From positions 146,167-210,166 of the forward strand of contig JAFGCN010000009.1 of assembly GCA_016932615.1 (NCBI GenBank): DNA of 64,000 bases, given 5' to 3'. This DNA comes from Candidatus Aenigmatarchaeota archaeon (GTDB lineage Archaea > Aenigmatarchaeota > Aenigmatarchaeia > QMZS01). The notes beneath the pieces were generated by a model, which was not told where the DNA came from, did not search any database, and saw only the letters and a program-made list of their open reading frames with translations. Shown piece by piece: positions 1-9,898 of the stretch; the first letter of the stretch is position 1, and each line of letters starts with the position of its first letter. The position numbers and the translations under genes were made by a program.

Positions 1-2
1 AT

Positions 3-3000
3 TATGCAGAGATAAATACGACAATACTCTACAAGGCGAACATAGATGCCTTAAAGTTCAACTGGAACGGGACAAACTATACGATTTATGATGAAGACCT
101 GATCTTGGGGCTTAACTTCAACAATGTTTCTGAAATTGGAGAGAATGACTCCTTAGCGGTGGATGTTTCTCACTACCGAAACGACGGCACGATTTACGGC
201 GCAAACTACACAGAAGGGAAGTACAATCTGGGATTGCAGTTTGACGGAACGGGTGACTATGTTGATTGCGGGAATGATTCGAGTCTTGGTCCTACAGGGA
301 ATCTAACCTTAATGTCGTGGTTATATCTTTCAAGTTTGCCTTCGGACTACAAAGGGATTATAGAGGGACAGCAGCCATATTATCGCTATTTATTGTACAT
401 CAGCGCATCGAACCGGCCAGAAATATTTGTCCAAACTGATGCAGGTGCCTATTACACTGATGAGGTGGGACATACAGAAACTCTGAATTTGGGTTGGAAT
501 CATATTGTTGGGGTCTACAATGGTACCGACTTAGCAGTATATCTGAATGGTGGGTTGTCCTATAATCGTTCTGCTTCAGGAAGCATACTGGCGGATGGTG
601 GGGGTCTAAGGATTGGGCGGTATGATGCTACAGGACATTTTTTCAACGGAACAATCGACGAAGTCCGCATATACAACCGCTCCCTCAACTCAAGCGAAAT
701 CTGGCTCCTCTACCAGTCCGAGCTTGCAAAGTACGAGCCCGACAAGTACAGGTTTTACGCAAACCTTACTGACCTTGTAAACGGGACTTACACATATTAC
801 GCCTGGGGAAACGACACTGCTGGAAACCAGGATTTCACTGATGGGGCGATGTACCGGACGCTTTATGTTGGCGCGGTTTCAAAATTTTCCGTTTACCTCA
901 ACGCCCCTGCAAACGACACGAACACCAGCAACAATATGCCGGACTTCAACTTCACAGTCAATGGGTCCAAACTGACCTATTCCTGTACTCTTTTCGTGAA
1001 CGAAAGCAGCTATGGAATGAATGCCTCAGTCCAGAACAACACCCCCACAATTATCACCGCAGATGACTTCCTTCCTGACGGGCTTCTTGAGTGGTATATC
1101 AACTGTACCTCTGCAGGTATTGTCAACCTTAGTGAAATAAGGCAAATCACCGTTGACAATACCACCCCGGTGACCACAGCGAGTGCAGTAAATAACGACT
1201 CAACACCTTACACTTTCAACACTTGGACAAGCTCGAACTACGTGAATGTTACGCTTAACTGCAATGACGGAAGCGGCTTTGGGTGTGACACGACGATGTT
1301 CTGCACTGATACGACGAATACCTGCACGCCTGTCTGGCTTTACGGTTCGTGGAGCTACCGGACGCCGATATCGATATCCAACACAGCGGAGAATCTGACG
1401 GATTATCAGGTCAGGATTGACCTGAACTCGTCGAATGTAGGTTTGGGGTTCAATTGGACGGAGGACATGAACGCGACAAGGTTCACTTATTATAATTCGA
1501 CATCCGGCACCGAAACCGAATGCTCCTACTGGATAGAATCCTGGAACGCAACAACCCAGAATGCAACTATCTGGGTCAAGGTGCCGTTCCTTGAGAAAGA
1601 CACGAGCACGACAGTATATATGTATTACAACAATAGCGGCGTGAGTACAACAAGCAGTGCGGATAGTACCTTCCTCCTGTTTGATGATTTTAACGACGCC
1701 AGTCTCGACACGGACAAGTGGCAGTCTTATTCTTGCGGTGCAGGTTCGGTATCTGAAACTGGAGGTTATCTGCGACTGGTCCAGGGAGGAAGCAATAGTG
1801 CCCGTCCATACCTGAGATCAAAGAATGAGATTTCTTATGATGACCTTATAATCGAGTATAAAGGTATGCTTGAGGATGGAGATGGATCCAATGCCGGCCA
1901 GGTGGGGTCTTTGTTGCATTGGGACGGGTTGGGGGGAGGAACGTATTGCGTTCCAAACAATGGCTTTAGAATTTATATGGATGAGGCAATAACCACGTTC
2001 CGAATGTCAAGAGATATCGGCGCATCTGAAACGGATCTGGACTATTATGGGTATTATGCGAATACCTCATGGCATGATTATTCGTTTTCCTACTTTGACG
2101 ATGATTTGGAGGGCAAAATTGATGGGTCGAGTTTGATAACTGCGTCAGACAGCACCTCTTTTAGCAACCGTTATGTCGGCTTTTTAGGTAGAGAGGCACA
2201 ATCAAGTTCAAGGATAGATGATGTCCGTGTCCGCAAATACGCCTCACCCGAACCATCATCCTCAGTCGGCTCGGAGGAGTCTCCGTCCAATATCCATATA
2301 AGTGACGAAGGCGTCTCATATATACGATTCCGCTCAAACGACACTTTGGGAAATGTCGAGTCGATAAAAAACGAAACCATAAGGATAGACACCATTGCGC
2401 CTGTCCTGAACTTCACTGACCCAACAGAGGACAACGCGACAATAATCAACCGAAACTGGACAGAGGCAAATATCTCAATCGAAGAGCCAAACCCCGACAA
2501 TTTCGTGTTTAACTGGAACGGCACCAACCACACGTTTGACGCCGATGCAGGAAATGGATCAATTACCTATTCCGGCGACAATGAAGACCTTGTCCTGGCA
2601 TTGAACTTCAACGAGGGCACAGGAAACACGACAGAGGACTTCTCAAATTACGGCAACAACGGGACTTTCAAGGGTACTGGAGAGCCTGCCTGGACGACGG
2701 ATGGGAGGTTCGGTTCGGCTTTGAAGTTTGATGGTGTGGATGATTATGTTGTCGTCGGTGAGGATAAACTCGATAATTCCTCTCAAGGGACTGCTGAAGC
2801 ATGGATTAAATTGGAGGGTTTGACTGCCGCAAGTTATAAAATTCTGGGTTACGGGGGGGACGCAGATAATTCGGGTGTTTTTGGTTTGGAGATAAGGAAT
2901 ACTGGCGGCAATTGTTATTTCGGTTTTGTCGATCGGGAGGGTCCGGCCACCGATTTGGATATAACTCGTGGCAGTACGGTTCTAACAACGGAGGTATGGT

Positions 3001-5327
3001 ATCATGTCGTTTGGTGGTCGAACGGAACTGTCTGGAGGTTATATGTGAACGGAAAAGAAGAGACGTTAACTGATATAAATGGCGATGGTAAGAATGACGG
3101 TGATTGGTTTGCCGACGTGAATACTGTCGGTTCGCCGTCTTATACCTCAATAGGTGCCGTATTTTGGGACAGGGCCTGGCTGGATTTTATTAACGGCACA
3201 ATCGACGACGTCAGAATCTACAATCGTTCCTTAACCGCAGAGGAAATAATGCTCCACTACGAATCCTCATTACAGAAATACTCTGACACTCAATGGCAGT
3301 TCTACTCAAACATAACAGGATTAACCGAGGGCACCTACACTTACTATGGCTGGGCGAATGACACTCTGGGAAGCGGAGCTTACACAATCAACTACACCGA
3401 GACAAGCCCAAGATACCTTTATGTTGATATGACTGCCCCAACTCTGCTCCTTCTAACCCTAAACGACACCTCACCCGTAGCAGCAGGAAACGTAACCTTC
3501 ACACTTGACTTCTCCGAAGCCATGAACGAGACTGTAAACCCGACAGTGAAGATAAAGAACTCAAGCGAATATACGATAACCGCCCTCGGCTGGTTTAACT
3601 CCACAAGATGGGTTGGCTGGTACAACTTCACTACAGGGACAGGTGACGGAAACTACACAATCAACGTCACCGCAGCAGAAGACCTGGCAGGAAACACGAT
3701 GGAGGAAGACACTAGCAACTCTTTCATTCTGGACACCACCGCCCCGACAGTCCAAATCGTTTCGCCAGAAAACACAACTTACGGAATAACTTCAGTCGAC
3801 CTCAACTACACGGCAACCGATTCCGGCTCTGGAATTTCCGCCTGCTGGTACTCGCTTGATGGAGAAGCCAACCAAACCTTAACCGACTGCGCAAACACAA
3901 CTCTTTCCGACCTCTCGGATGGCGAGCATAACCTAACCGTATGGGCAAACGACACTGCAGGAAACCTGGGCTTTGACACAGTATACTTCAATGTCTCTAC
4001 CCTGGACCTTTACCTTTCGAAGTCTTTTGTGCCCGACCTTCTGGTATCTTATGAAGTGGAAAACCTGAATGTCACAACTACCCTGAAAATCAACAAATCC
4101 TCAACTGAGGTAAGCTTCTTCAACTTCACCGATGAAGTGCCTTGGGACTTCTCGCTTGACCAGTCGTCAATACGCCTTGTCCTGAAAAAGTACAGCCCAT
4201 ACTCTGAAACTAACGTGACGGAAAACGTGACGATAGATATAATTGACCTGCCGGGCGAAAACAACACCCGGATTGAGATAAACTGCTCGAACACAAGCGC
4301 ATGTTTTGGCTCGTACCTCTCAGAAAACGACTCTCTTGTCCTGACTTACCTAATGAACTCCTCAGCGCTTGAGCCAGACTCCTCGCGCTCGACGATAACA
4401 ACTGGAAACATCAGCAGTCCGGACGGAAGCCACGCAAACAGGACGCTTAACACCACCATCACCTGTGCGGAAGTGGTTCTCAGGGGATATAAGGACCTCA
4501 CCGTAGACCTGGCAAACCCACAGAACATCTCTGCAAGAATTGTCGTGACTTCCATTGGCGGGACCGTAGGGAACATTCTGTTTTCGGATTACCTTCCAGA
4601 GGGCTCGACAATCTACGACCTGCAGGTTTACTGGTACAATGGCACTTACAATGCTCTCACTGAAAGCGACGACTACAATGTCACCGTTGATAGCGTGACT
4701 CTACCAGGCAATTACGATGGGGAGGTTTATATCTACAACTTCACGGTGGCAGGGGTTACCTGGCCGGGGCAGCTTGGAAACAACGAGTCAATAATTATCA
4801 ACTACTCGTTCTGGGTGCTTGGAGGCGGGCAGTGGGACCTTCCGACAATAATCTCCGCCTATGACCCCATCTACAACAGGACTGTCAAGACGGAAATGTA
4901 CGCAAACGCAAATGTGCCTTCATTTGACGTAATCCTGGAGATACTTACAAAGAAAGTCGAGCCGGGAGAGCTTGCAAAGGGGCTTCTTCGGATAATAAAT
5001 GTGGGCGGGCCAAGGGCCAAGGTAGATGTCTATTCGAATTACGCAATAAAGACCTTTGAGGGGAGGACAATAAACGAGAAAAGCGAGACTCTTGCCGTCG
5101 TGGAGCAGAAGGAAAAGCTCCTTGAGCTGGAAGTGCCGGAAAGCACGGAGTCAGGAAAGTATGTCTTCGAAAGCTACGTTTCCTATGTCGGAAGGGAGGC
5201 GCTATCAACTGAAACTTTTGAAGTCATAGGCGAGGAAAAGCCGGGATTCCTTAAGGAATATGGGCTTTACATCCTTATCGGGCTTCTGGTCGCCATAAAC
5301 CTTGTCGTGCTTATGAGGAAGAAATAA
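3..5327 (+). CDS. Large cell-surface glycoprotein (5'-truncated): 2 LamG/concanavalin-like domains, DUF2341, Ig-like modules, C-terminal TM anchor
   Basis: Frame is open from base 3 (YAEINTT...KFNWNGTNYTIYDEDLILGLNF), so the ORF-track start at 105 is not the true start. LamG motifs FDGTGDYV...FNGTIDEVRIYNRSL occur twice; DUF2341 motif YWIESWN...IWVKVP...VYMYY; dense N-x-S/T sequons; terminal LYILIGLLVAINLVVLMRKK. Confidence 0.85.
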   Translation, partial: YAEINTTILYKANIDALKFNWNGTNYTIYDEDLILGLNFNNVSEIGENDSLAVDVSHYRNDGTIYGANYTEGKYNLGLQFDGTGDYVDCGNDSSLGPTGNLTLMSWLYLSSLPSDYKGIIEGQQPYYRYLLYISASNRPEIFVQTDAGAYYTDEVGHTETLNLGWNHIVGVYNGTDLAVYLNGGLSYNRSASGSILADGGGLRIGRYDATGHFFNGTIDEVRIYNRSLNSSEIWLLYQSELAKYEPDKYRFYANLTDLVNGTYTYYAWGNDTAGNQDFTDGAMYRTLYVGAVSKFSVYLNAPANDTNTSNNMPDFNFTVNGSKLTYSCTLFVNESSYGMNASVQNNTPTIITADDFLPDGLLEWYINCTSAGIVNLSEIRQITVDNTTPVTTASAVNNDSTPYTFNTWTSSNYVNVTLNCNDGSGFGCDTTMFCTDTTNTCTPVWLYGSWSYRTPISISNTAENLTDYQVRIDLNSSNVGLGFNWTEDMNATRFTYYNSTSGTETECSYWIESWNATTQNATIWVKVPFLEKDTSTTVYMYYNNSGVSTTSSADSTFLLFDDFNDASLDTDKWQSYSCGAGSVSETGGYLRLVQGGSNSARPYLRSKNEISYDDLIIEYKGMLEDGDGSNAGQVGSLLHWDGLGGGTYCVPNNGFRIYMDEAITTFRMSRDIGASETDLDYYGYYANTSWHDYSFSYFDDDLEGKIDGSSLITASDSTSFSNRYVGFLGREAQSSSRIDDVRVRKYASPEPSSSVGSEESPSNIHISDEGVSYIRFRSNDTLGNVESIKNETIRIDTIAPVLNFTDPTEDNATIINRNWTEANISIEEPNPDNFVFNWNGTNHTFDADAGNGSITYSGDNEDLVLALNFNEGTGNTTEDFSNYGNNGTFKGTGEPAWTTDGRFGSALKFDGVDDYVVVGEDKLDNSSQGTAEAWIKLEGLTAASYKILGYGGDADNSGVFGLEIRNTGGNCYFGFVDREGPATDLDITRGSTVLTTEVWYHVVWWSNGTVWRLYVNGKEETLTDINGDGKNDGDWFADVNTVGSPSYTSIGAVFWDRAWLDFINGTIDDVRIYNRSLTAEEIMLHYESSLQKYSDTQWQFYSNITGLTEGTYTYYGWANDTLGSGAYTINYTETSPRYLYVDMTAPTLLLLTLNDTSPVAAGNVTFTLDFSEAMNETVNPTVKIKNSSEYTITALGWFNSTRWVGWYNFTTGTGDGNYTINVTAAEDLAGNTMEEDTSNSFILDTTAPTVQIVSPENTTYGITSVDLNYTATDSGSGISACWYSLDGEANQTLTDCANTTLSDLSDGEHNLTVWANDTAGNLGFDTVYFNVSTLDLYLSKSFVPDLLVSYEVENLNVTTTLKINKSSTEVSFFNFTDEVPWDFSLDQSSIRLVLKKYSPYSETNVTENVTIDIIDLPGENNTRIEINCSNTSACFGSYLSENDSLVLTYLMNSSALEPDSSRSTITTGNISSPDGSHANRTLNTTITCAEVVLRGYKDLTVDLANPQNISARIVVTSIGGTVGNILFSDYLPEGSTIYDLQVYWYNGTYNALTESDDYNVTVDSVTLPGNYDGEVYIYNFTVAGVTWPGQLGNNESIIINYSFWVLGGGQWDLPTIISAYDPIYNRTVKTEMYANANVPSFDVILEILTKKVEPGELAKGLLRIINVGGPRAKVDVYSNYAIKTFEGRTINEKSETLAVVEQKEKLLELEVPESTESGKYVFESYVSYVGREALSTETFEVIGEEKPGFLKEYGLYILIGLLVAINLVVLMRKK

Positions 5328-5873
5328 ATGGGCGCGCACACTTTCCAGGGGGTTTTTGTAAGGGCGTTTTCGGCATTTTTGCTTTTTACAATTGTCTGCG
5401 CACAGGCCGCCTTCGCGGAAAGTATCTGCGCGCTAGAGCTTTCAAAGGAATCCTATCTTGAAGGAGACGACCTGGCCGCGATTCTCACCATAGACACGGA
5501 AAATGCAGAAAATGAATCCTCCTACTTTTTAAGCTACCGCATAGAGAAGGGGGGCGCAAAAAGCCCAATTTTCCAGAAAAGCCAGACTCTTTCAATCAAG
5601 GGCGAGCGGACGATTGTCATCGAGCAAAAGCTTGGCTTAGACTACCCGTCAGGGAAGTATTTCTTTATCGCTGACGTCAAGGGTCCGGACGGTGAAGCAA
5701 CCCTTGAAAAAAGCTTTTCTATTGGAAAAGAGGGAAACAGCACACCCCTGGTTGCCATAGCTTTAGCCCTTTTGGCAGTTCTCACCGTTATTGCCTATTT
5801 AAAATCCAGAAAACCACCCACATTATCACAAGAGGCGCAAGAGGGCTTGGCACAAGGGAATATATATAAGTAG
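5328..5873 (+). CDS. Small secreted, membrane-anchored single Ig/MG2-like domain protein
   Basis: Signal peptide ending AQAAFA, beta-rich domain LSKESY.EGD...GKYFF, C-terminal TM plus basic tail; starts immediately after the upstream stop. Confidence 0.75.
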   Translation: MGAHTFQGVFVRAFSAFLLFTIVCAQAAFAESICALELSKESYLEGDDLAAILTIDTENAENESSYFLSYRIEKGGAKSPIFQKSQTLSIKGERTIVIEQKLGLDYPSGKYFFIADVKGPDGEATLEKSFSIGKEGNSTPLVAIALALLAVLTVIAYLKSRKPPTLSQEAQEGLAQGNIYK

Positions 5874-5885
5874 AGTAGTTGTATT

Positions 5886-8800
5886 ATGGAGCAAAGACTC
5901 ATACTCTCTTTTGCCATTCTGTTGTCATTAGCTCTTATTCTGCCACCGGCACTTGCATTTGTTGGCCCCGTTTCTTACCTTACCGAGACGGTTTATGCAG
6001 ATTACTACGCGAATGGCACCGCTTCGTCTGACACATTTGCGCAGTGCAATGATAATGTAAACCCCTGTAAGTTCGGGTTTGTCGAAGTGGCGCTTCCTAA
6101 CGCTAATGACACGCTCCAGACCGTCAGGGTGACTCTTTCAGGCACGACAGGGACAAACCTTGCGCAGGCAAGAGGATATCAGGGAACCGTCACTTCATAT
6201 CCGACAATCTGGGGCAAGACCAAGATCTATGTAAATGATACCGTTTTCGGGGCAGACCAAAATTATTACAAGATTACTGACGGCGACCTTGCGCCTGCAA
6301 TAGTGCTGAATGTTACAAGCTACACGAATGACCGTGGCGGGTATGACTTTTATGATTATGACAATATCGGTCCCGGTGGGTCGAACAATACGATGAACTT
6401 CACGATTACTGCCTACAACCCTTCAACATCCACGGGGCTTGATGCAGTCACTATACTGATTCTGTTTGACACGGACACGAATGGCGGCGCTGATTCCCTG
6501 AACATTACCTCTGCCACGCCGGGAACTGTCCAGGATTCTGACAGCGACGGGTACAATGATCGCATAAACTGGACGGGCACAATTGCTGCATCAGGCACAC
6601 AGCAGTTTAATATCTCTGCAACGCTTATCGAAACAGTAAATATTGCAAATGGGGTCACAAACCTCACGCTTGACTACAACAACTCCCAAAAGGGGCTTAA
6701 GGCAATTTATAATAAGACTTCTGCCCTTACGGGCATAACAATAACCGCAGCTACTGCCCGGGGCTCCATCCGGCAGGGAATCGACATGGCCGAAAGAAGC
6801 GGCGGAGGCATATGGGATGCAAGGGGCTTTATCCACGTGCTGTCTTCGAACTCAAGCCAGGTGGGTGCAGGGACGATGCTCACATATAACATTTCCGATT
6901 GGCAGATTTACAATGTAAGTGTTACCACGGGTAACATGGACAATCTCCTCCAGAGCGGAACCTACACCCCTGCAAACTTTACTGCTAATTACGGGCGGCT
7001 TTATACCGATTCTGCTACGTTTTCCAGCAATAACTCTCGTGTCCAGATTGATGGAAATAAGCCGTACCTTGCCTCGTCATTTAACTGGAGTGTTTACTGG
7101 AATGATACTTACAAGTACTATGTTTCATACATAAACACGACTCTTGACCTTCCCACGCTTTACAAGGTCGACCAGATTCCTTCCCTTAGCTTGGGGGGAT
7201 ACCTGCTTGTGGGCTCTGCGACAACTGTCAATGTCACCTACATAAGCGAGTATCAGGGTGACATGGAAGCGACAATAAAGAACATGACTATCTTAAGCGT
7301 TGTGCCCAGGAACACGACACTGGGTGCGCAGAGAACCCCTCTTAACATCACGAACACCACAATTGTCGTTTCCTGGTGGAACACGACTTCCCTTGCCTGG
7401 GAAACAATAAAAACCGGAAATGGGACAAGCGACGGCGTTACCGTTACAATAACCCAGCCAAGCGGAGGGAGCAACGGTCTTGTCCAGGTCACTATTGCAA
7501 ACTTCAGCCAGACCAAGATTAACAAATACCTTGCCCAGGGAGAGAAAATACAGCTCTTCTATGGGGTTGACGATTCTACGGACCTTGAAACGGGAGACTC
7601 CTTCCAGTTTAGCGCAAACTCGACCATTACCTCCCTAAGCGGTACACCTGAGACAGAAGCGCCAAGCCCCCAGACTATAGCAAGCTCCGGCAGGCAACTT
7701 GTCGGTTACAAGGACTTGTTTGTCGCAAATCCTGCTACCCCGACCCTTGTTAACGGAACTTTGGTAGTTCAGGTTTTTGGAGGGGACATATCGAATATAA
7801 AGTTTATTGATTACGTCCCTAACGGAACAAACTTCAGCTGCTCTACAAATGCGATACTTTTCTACAATTCCACAGACGGAAGCACCTGGGCAACCTCTAC
7901 AGACATTTCCGTAAATGATACCGGCTACCTGACGCTTGCCGACGGCACGGTAGTCAGGTCCTGCGAGTACACAAGCGCAAATGGCCTTGGCTGGACCCTT
8001 GGAAGCAGCAAGGCGGTTAGGGTCATGTACCAGGTAAACATCACAAGCCCTGGGCTTTATGAGGTTCCAATGGGAATCGCTGGTTTCGACCCTGCCACAG
8101 GGCAAGGCATAAGCACTACCGTCTACGGTGTAGTGAGGATAAGCGTCCCTGAACCGGAAGTTCCGCCGATTATCACAGAGGGTGGCTTTTTGGTGGCCAA
8201 ATCAGTCCAGGTCGGAAACCCCGTTGTCTGGGTGAAGAGCTTTGAAGTGTTCAGTCCCAACTCCAAGTTTGTTGATGCTGAATTCTCAACTGAGGTCTTT
8301 GAGGACACCACTGCAGGTTATGTTTCCTATATTGACGAAATGGGTCAGGAAAAGAAAGAGGAGGTGGCTTTTGTCACAAAGGACGGAAAGCGCCAGATGG
8401 TCTGGTCAACAAAACTCTACCCTCAAGAGACAAGGAACTATGACCTGAGGATACTTACCCCTCCGGTTCTTGAAACTGACAGGGATATTGAGGTTCTTGG
8501 GGTTATTGAGGAGAAAATGGTTGAGCTAAGGATGTCTGTCTTCATGAGGAGCATGGCGCAGGAAGAGTACACCGATGTTCAGCTTAACCTGCCAATTTCC
8601 GCTTCAAGTGTCCTGAGCATAACTGATGGTGAAGGAAACCCTATTTCTTACACCGGTGACAGCACGATAAAGGCAATTATCCCTTCCTTTGGCCCTCAGG
8701 CCATAAAGGAATTGGTTATCCGTTACAAGCAGTCCTACCCAAAAATCATTGTAACTCCTAACCGGGACAGGTATGACCCCAACTCCATAGTCAGCCTAGA

Positions 8801-9194
8801 TATACTCGTCATTCATGGTGGCGAGGAAGTAAACTACCCTTACCTTGAAACAGAGGTTTACACTCCTGACCGGGATACAGTTTACGCAAACATACAGCAG
8901 CTTGACAAGCTTGAGCCGATAACAAAAACAAGCCTGTCCGAGAGTTTTACCGTGCCTTTAAACGCTCCTGCTGGAAGGTATATTGCAGAGAGCCGGCTTA
9001 GAAGCGACATGGCCACGCTTGCAACCGGCACAGGAAATTTTTATGTCGGGGGAGGCGGAAGCGCTGTGGGGAGCTGGATGGGTTACATTATGCTTCTTTT
9101 GGCGCTGGGCATACTCTACTTTGGCGTTAAGAGGATACGCAGCGAGACCCGCAGGGTCTCAGAGAGTAGCATTCCTGCGAGCCAGAATGCATAG
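5886..9194 (+). CDS. Large surface glycoprotein with C-terminal TM; paralog of 20493..23522
   Basis: Signal peptide, many sequons, DSDSDGYND acidic loop, TM WMGYIMLLLALGILYFGVKR; colinear motifs shared with the 1009-aa protein. Confidence 0.85.
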   Translation: MEQRLILSFAILLSLALILPPALAFVGPVSYLTETVYADYYANGTASSDTFAQCNDNVNPCKFGFVEVALPNANDTLQTVRVTLSGTTGTNLAQARGYQGTVTSYPTIWGKTKIYVNDTVFGADQNYYKITDGDLAPAIVLNVTSYTNDRGGYDFYDYDNIGPGGSNNTMNFTITAYNPSTSTGLDAVTILILFDTDTNGGADSLNITSATPGTVQDSDSDGYNDRINWTGTIAASGTQQFNISATLIETVNIANGVTNLTLDYNNSQKGLKAIYNKTSALTGITITAATARGSIRQGIDMAERSGGGIWDARGFIHVLSSNSSQVGAGTMLTYNISDWQIYNVSVTTGNMDNLLQSGTYTPANFTANYGRLYTDSATFSSNNSRVQIDGNKPYLASSFNWSVYWNDTYKYYVSYINTTLDLPTLYKVDQIPSLSLGGYLLVGSATTVNVTYISEYQGDMEATIKNMTILSVVPRNTTLGAQRTPLNITNTTIVVSWWNTTSLAWETIKTGNGTSDGVTVTITQPSGGSNGLVQVTIANFSQTKINKYLAQGEKIQLFYGVDDSTDLETGDSFQFSANSTITSLSGTPETEAPSPQTIASSGRQLVGYKDLFVANPATPTLVNGTLVVQVFGGDISNIKFIDYVPNGTNFSCSTNAILFYNSTDGSTWATSTDISVNDTGYLTLADGTVVRSCEYTSANGLGWTLGSSKAVRVMYQVNITSPGLYEVPMGIAGFDPATGQGISTTVYGVVRISVPEPEVPPIITEGGFLVAKSVQVGNPVVWVKSFEVFSPNSKFVDAEFSTEVFEDTTAGYVSYIDEMGQEKKEEVAFVTKDGKRQMVWSTKLYPQETRNYDLRILTPPVLETDRDIEVLGVIEEKMVELRMSVFMRSMAQEEYTDVQLNLPISASSVLSITDGEGNPISYTGDSTIKAIIPSFGPQAIKELVIRYKQSYPKIIVTPNRDRYDPNSIVSLDILVIHGGEEVNYPYLETEVYTPDRDTVYANIQQLDKLEPITKTSLSESFTVPLNAPAGRYIAESRLRSDMATLATGTGNFYVGGGGSAVGSWMGYIMLLLALGILYFGVKRIRSETRRVSESSIPASQNA

Positions 9195-9230
9195 AATAGT
9201 TTGGCCCAGGGAAAGTGAAATAGTGGTAAG

Positions 9231-9566
9231 ATGATAGATATAACGGGCTACGTGGCTCTTTTTGGGATAGACCTGTTCAATATTGCGCTGAGTAAGCTGG
9301 TCCTCATAATGTGCGTGATTGTCCTTCTGTTTCTTTTCGTCCTTGAAGCGGAATTCCGCCAGATAAGGAAACTTGCAAAAAAGATGGACGATGAGGAGCT
9401 GATACTTTCAAGGGACTTGAGGGAGCTTAGAGACTCGGTTAAGGAGCTTGGGTCATTTATGAGCGAGAACTACGGCATCGAAAAGCCGCTGGGAAATTCC
9501 TCAGAAAAGACAAAATCCGAAGAAGAGCAAAAGCCGCATGAGGATGCGCATAAAGAGGGGTCATGA
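9231..9566 (+). CDS. Small membrane protein with C-terminal coiled coil (paralog of 9563..9856)
   Basis: Hydrophobic N-half followed by LEAEFRQIRKLAKKMDDEE. Confidence 0.75.
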   Translation: MIDITGYVALFGIDLFNIALSKLVLIMCVIVLLFLFVLEAEFRQIRKLAKKMDDEELILSRDLRELRDSVKELGSFMSENYGIEKPLGNSSEKTKSEEEQKPHEDAHKEGS

Positions 9567-9856
9567 TTATGGAAGACAACACCATAATGGTTTTTTTGGG
9601 GGTAATGTTCTGCACGCTGATATACGGCGCCTACAATGGGCTGGTTGTGCAGTATCCAAATGTTCTCCTCATACTCCTTGGGGCGGTCATAGTGTACCTT
9701 TTCCTCCTCGAAACAGAGCTAAAACAGCTTAAAAAAATCGCATTCAAGATGGATGATGAGGAATCGATGTTCACCAAGTCTGTGGGCGAGCTCAAGGCGG
9801 AAATAGAGTCCCTTAAAGAAACCGCGGTTTCCTCGAAAATGCATTCCAGGCGCTAA
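9563..9856 (+). CDS. Small 2-TM membrane protein with C-terminal coiled coil (paralog of 9231..9566)
   Basis: ATGA overlap with the upstream gene; two hydrophobic segments followed by LETELKQLKKIAFKMDDEE. Confidence 0.75.
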   Translation: MIMEDNTIMVFLGVMFCTLIYGAYNGLVVQYPNVLLILLGAVIVYLFLLETELKQLKKIAFKMDDEESMFTKSVGELKAEIESLKETAVSSKMHSRR

Positions 9857-9898
9857 GAGCGGGGCTTTTGGCGATATAATTAAAAATGCATTTTTATT

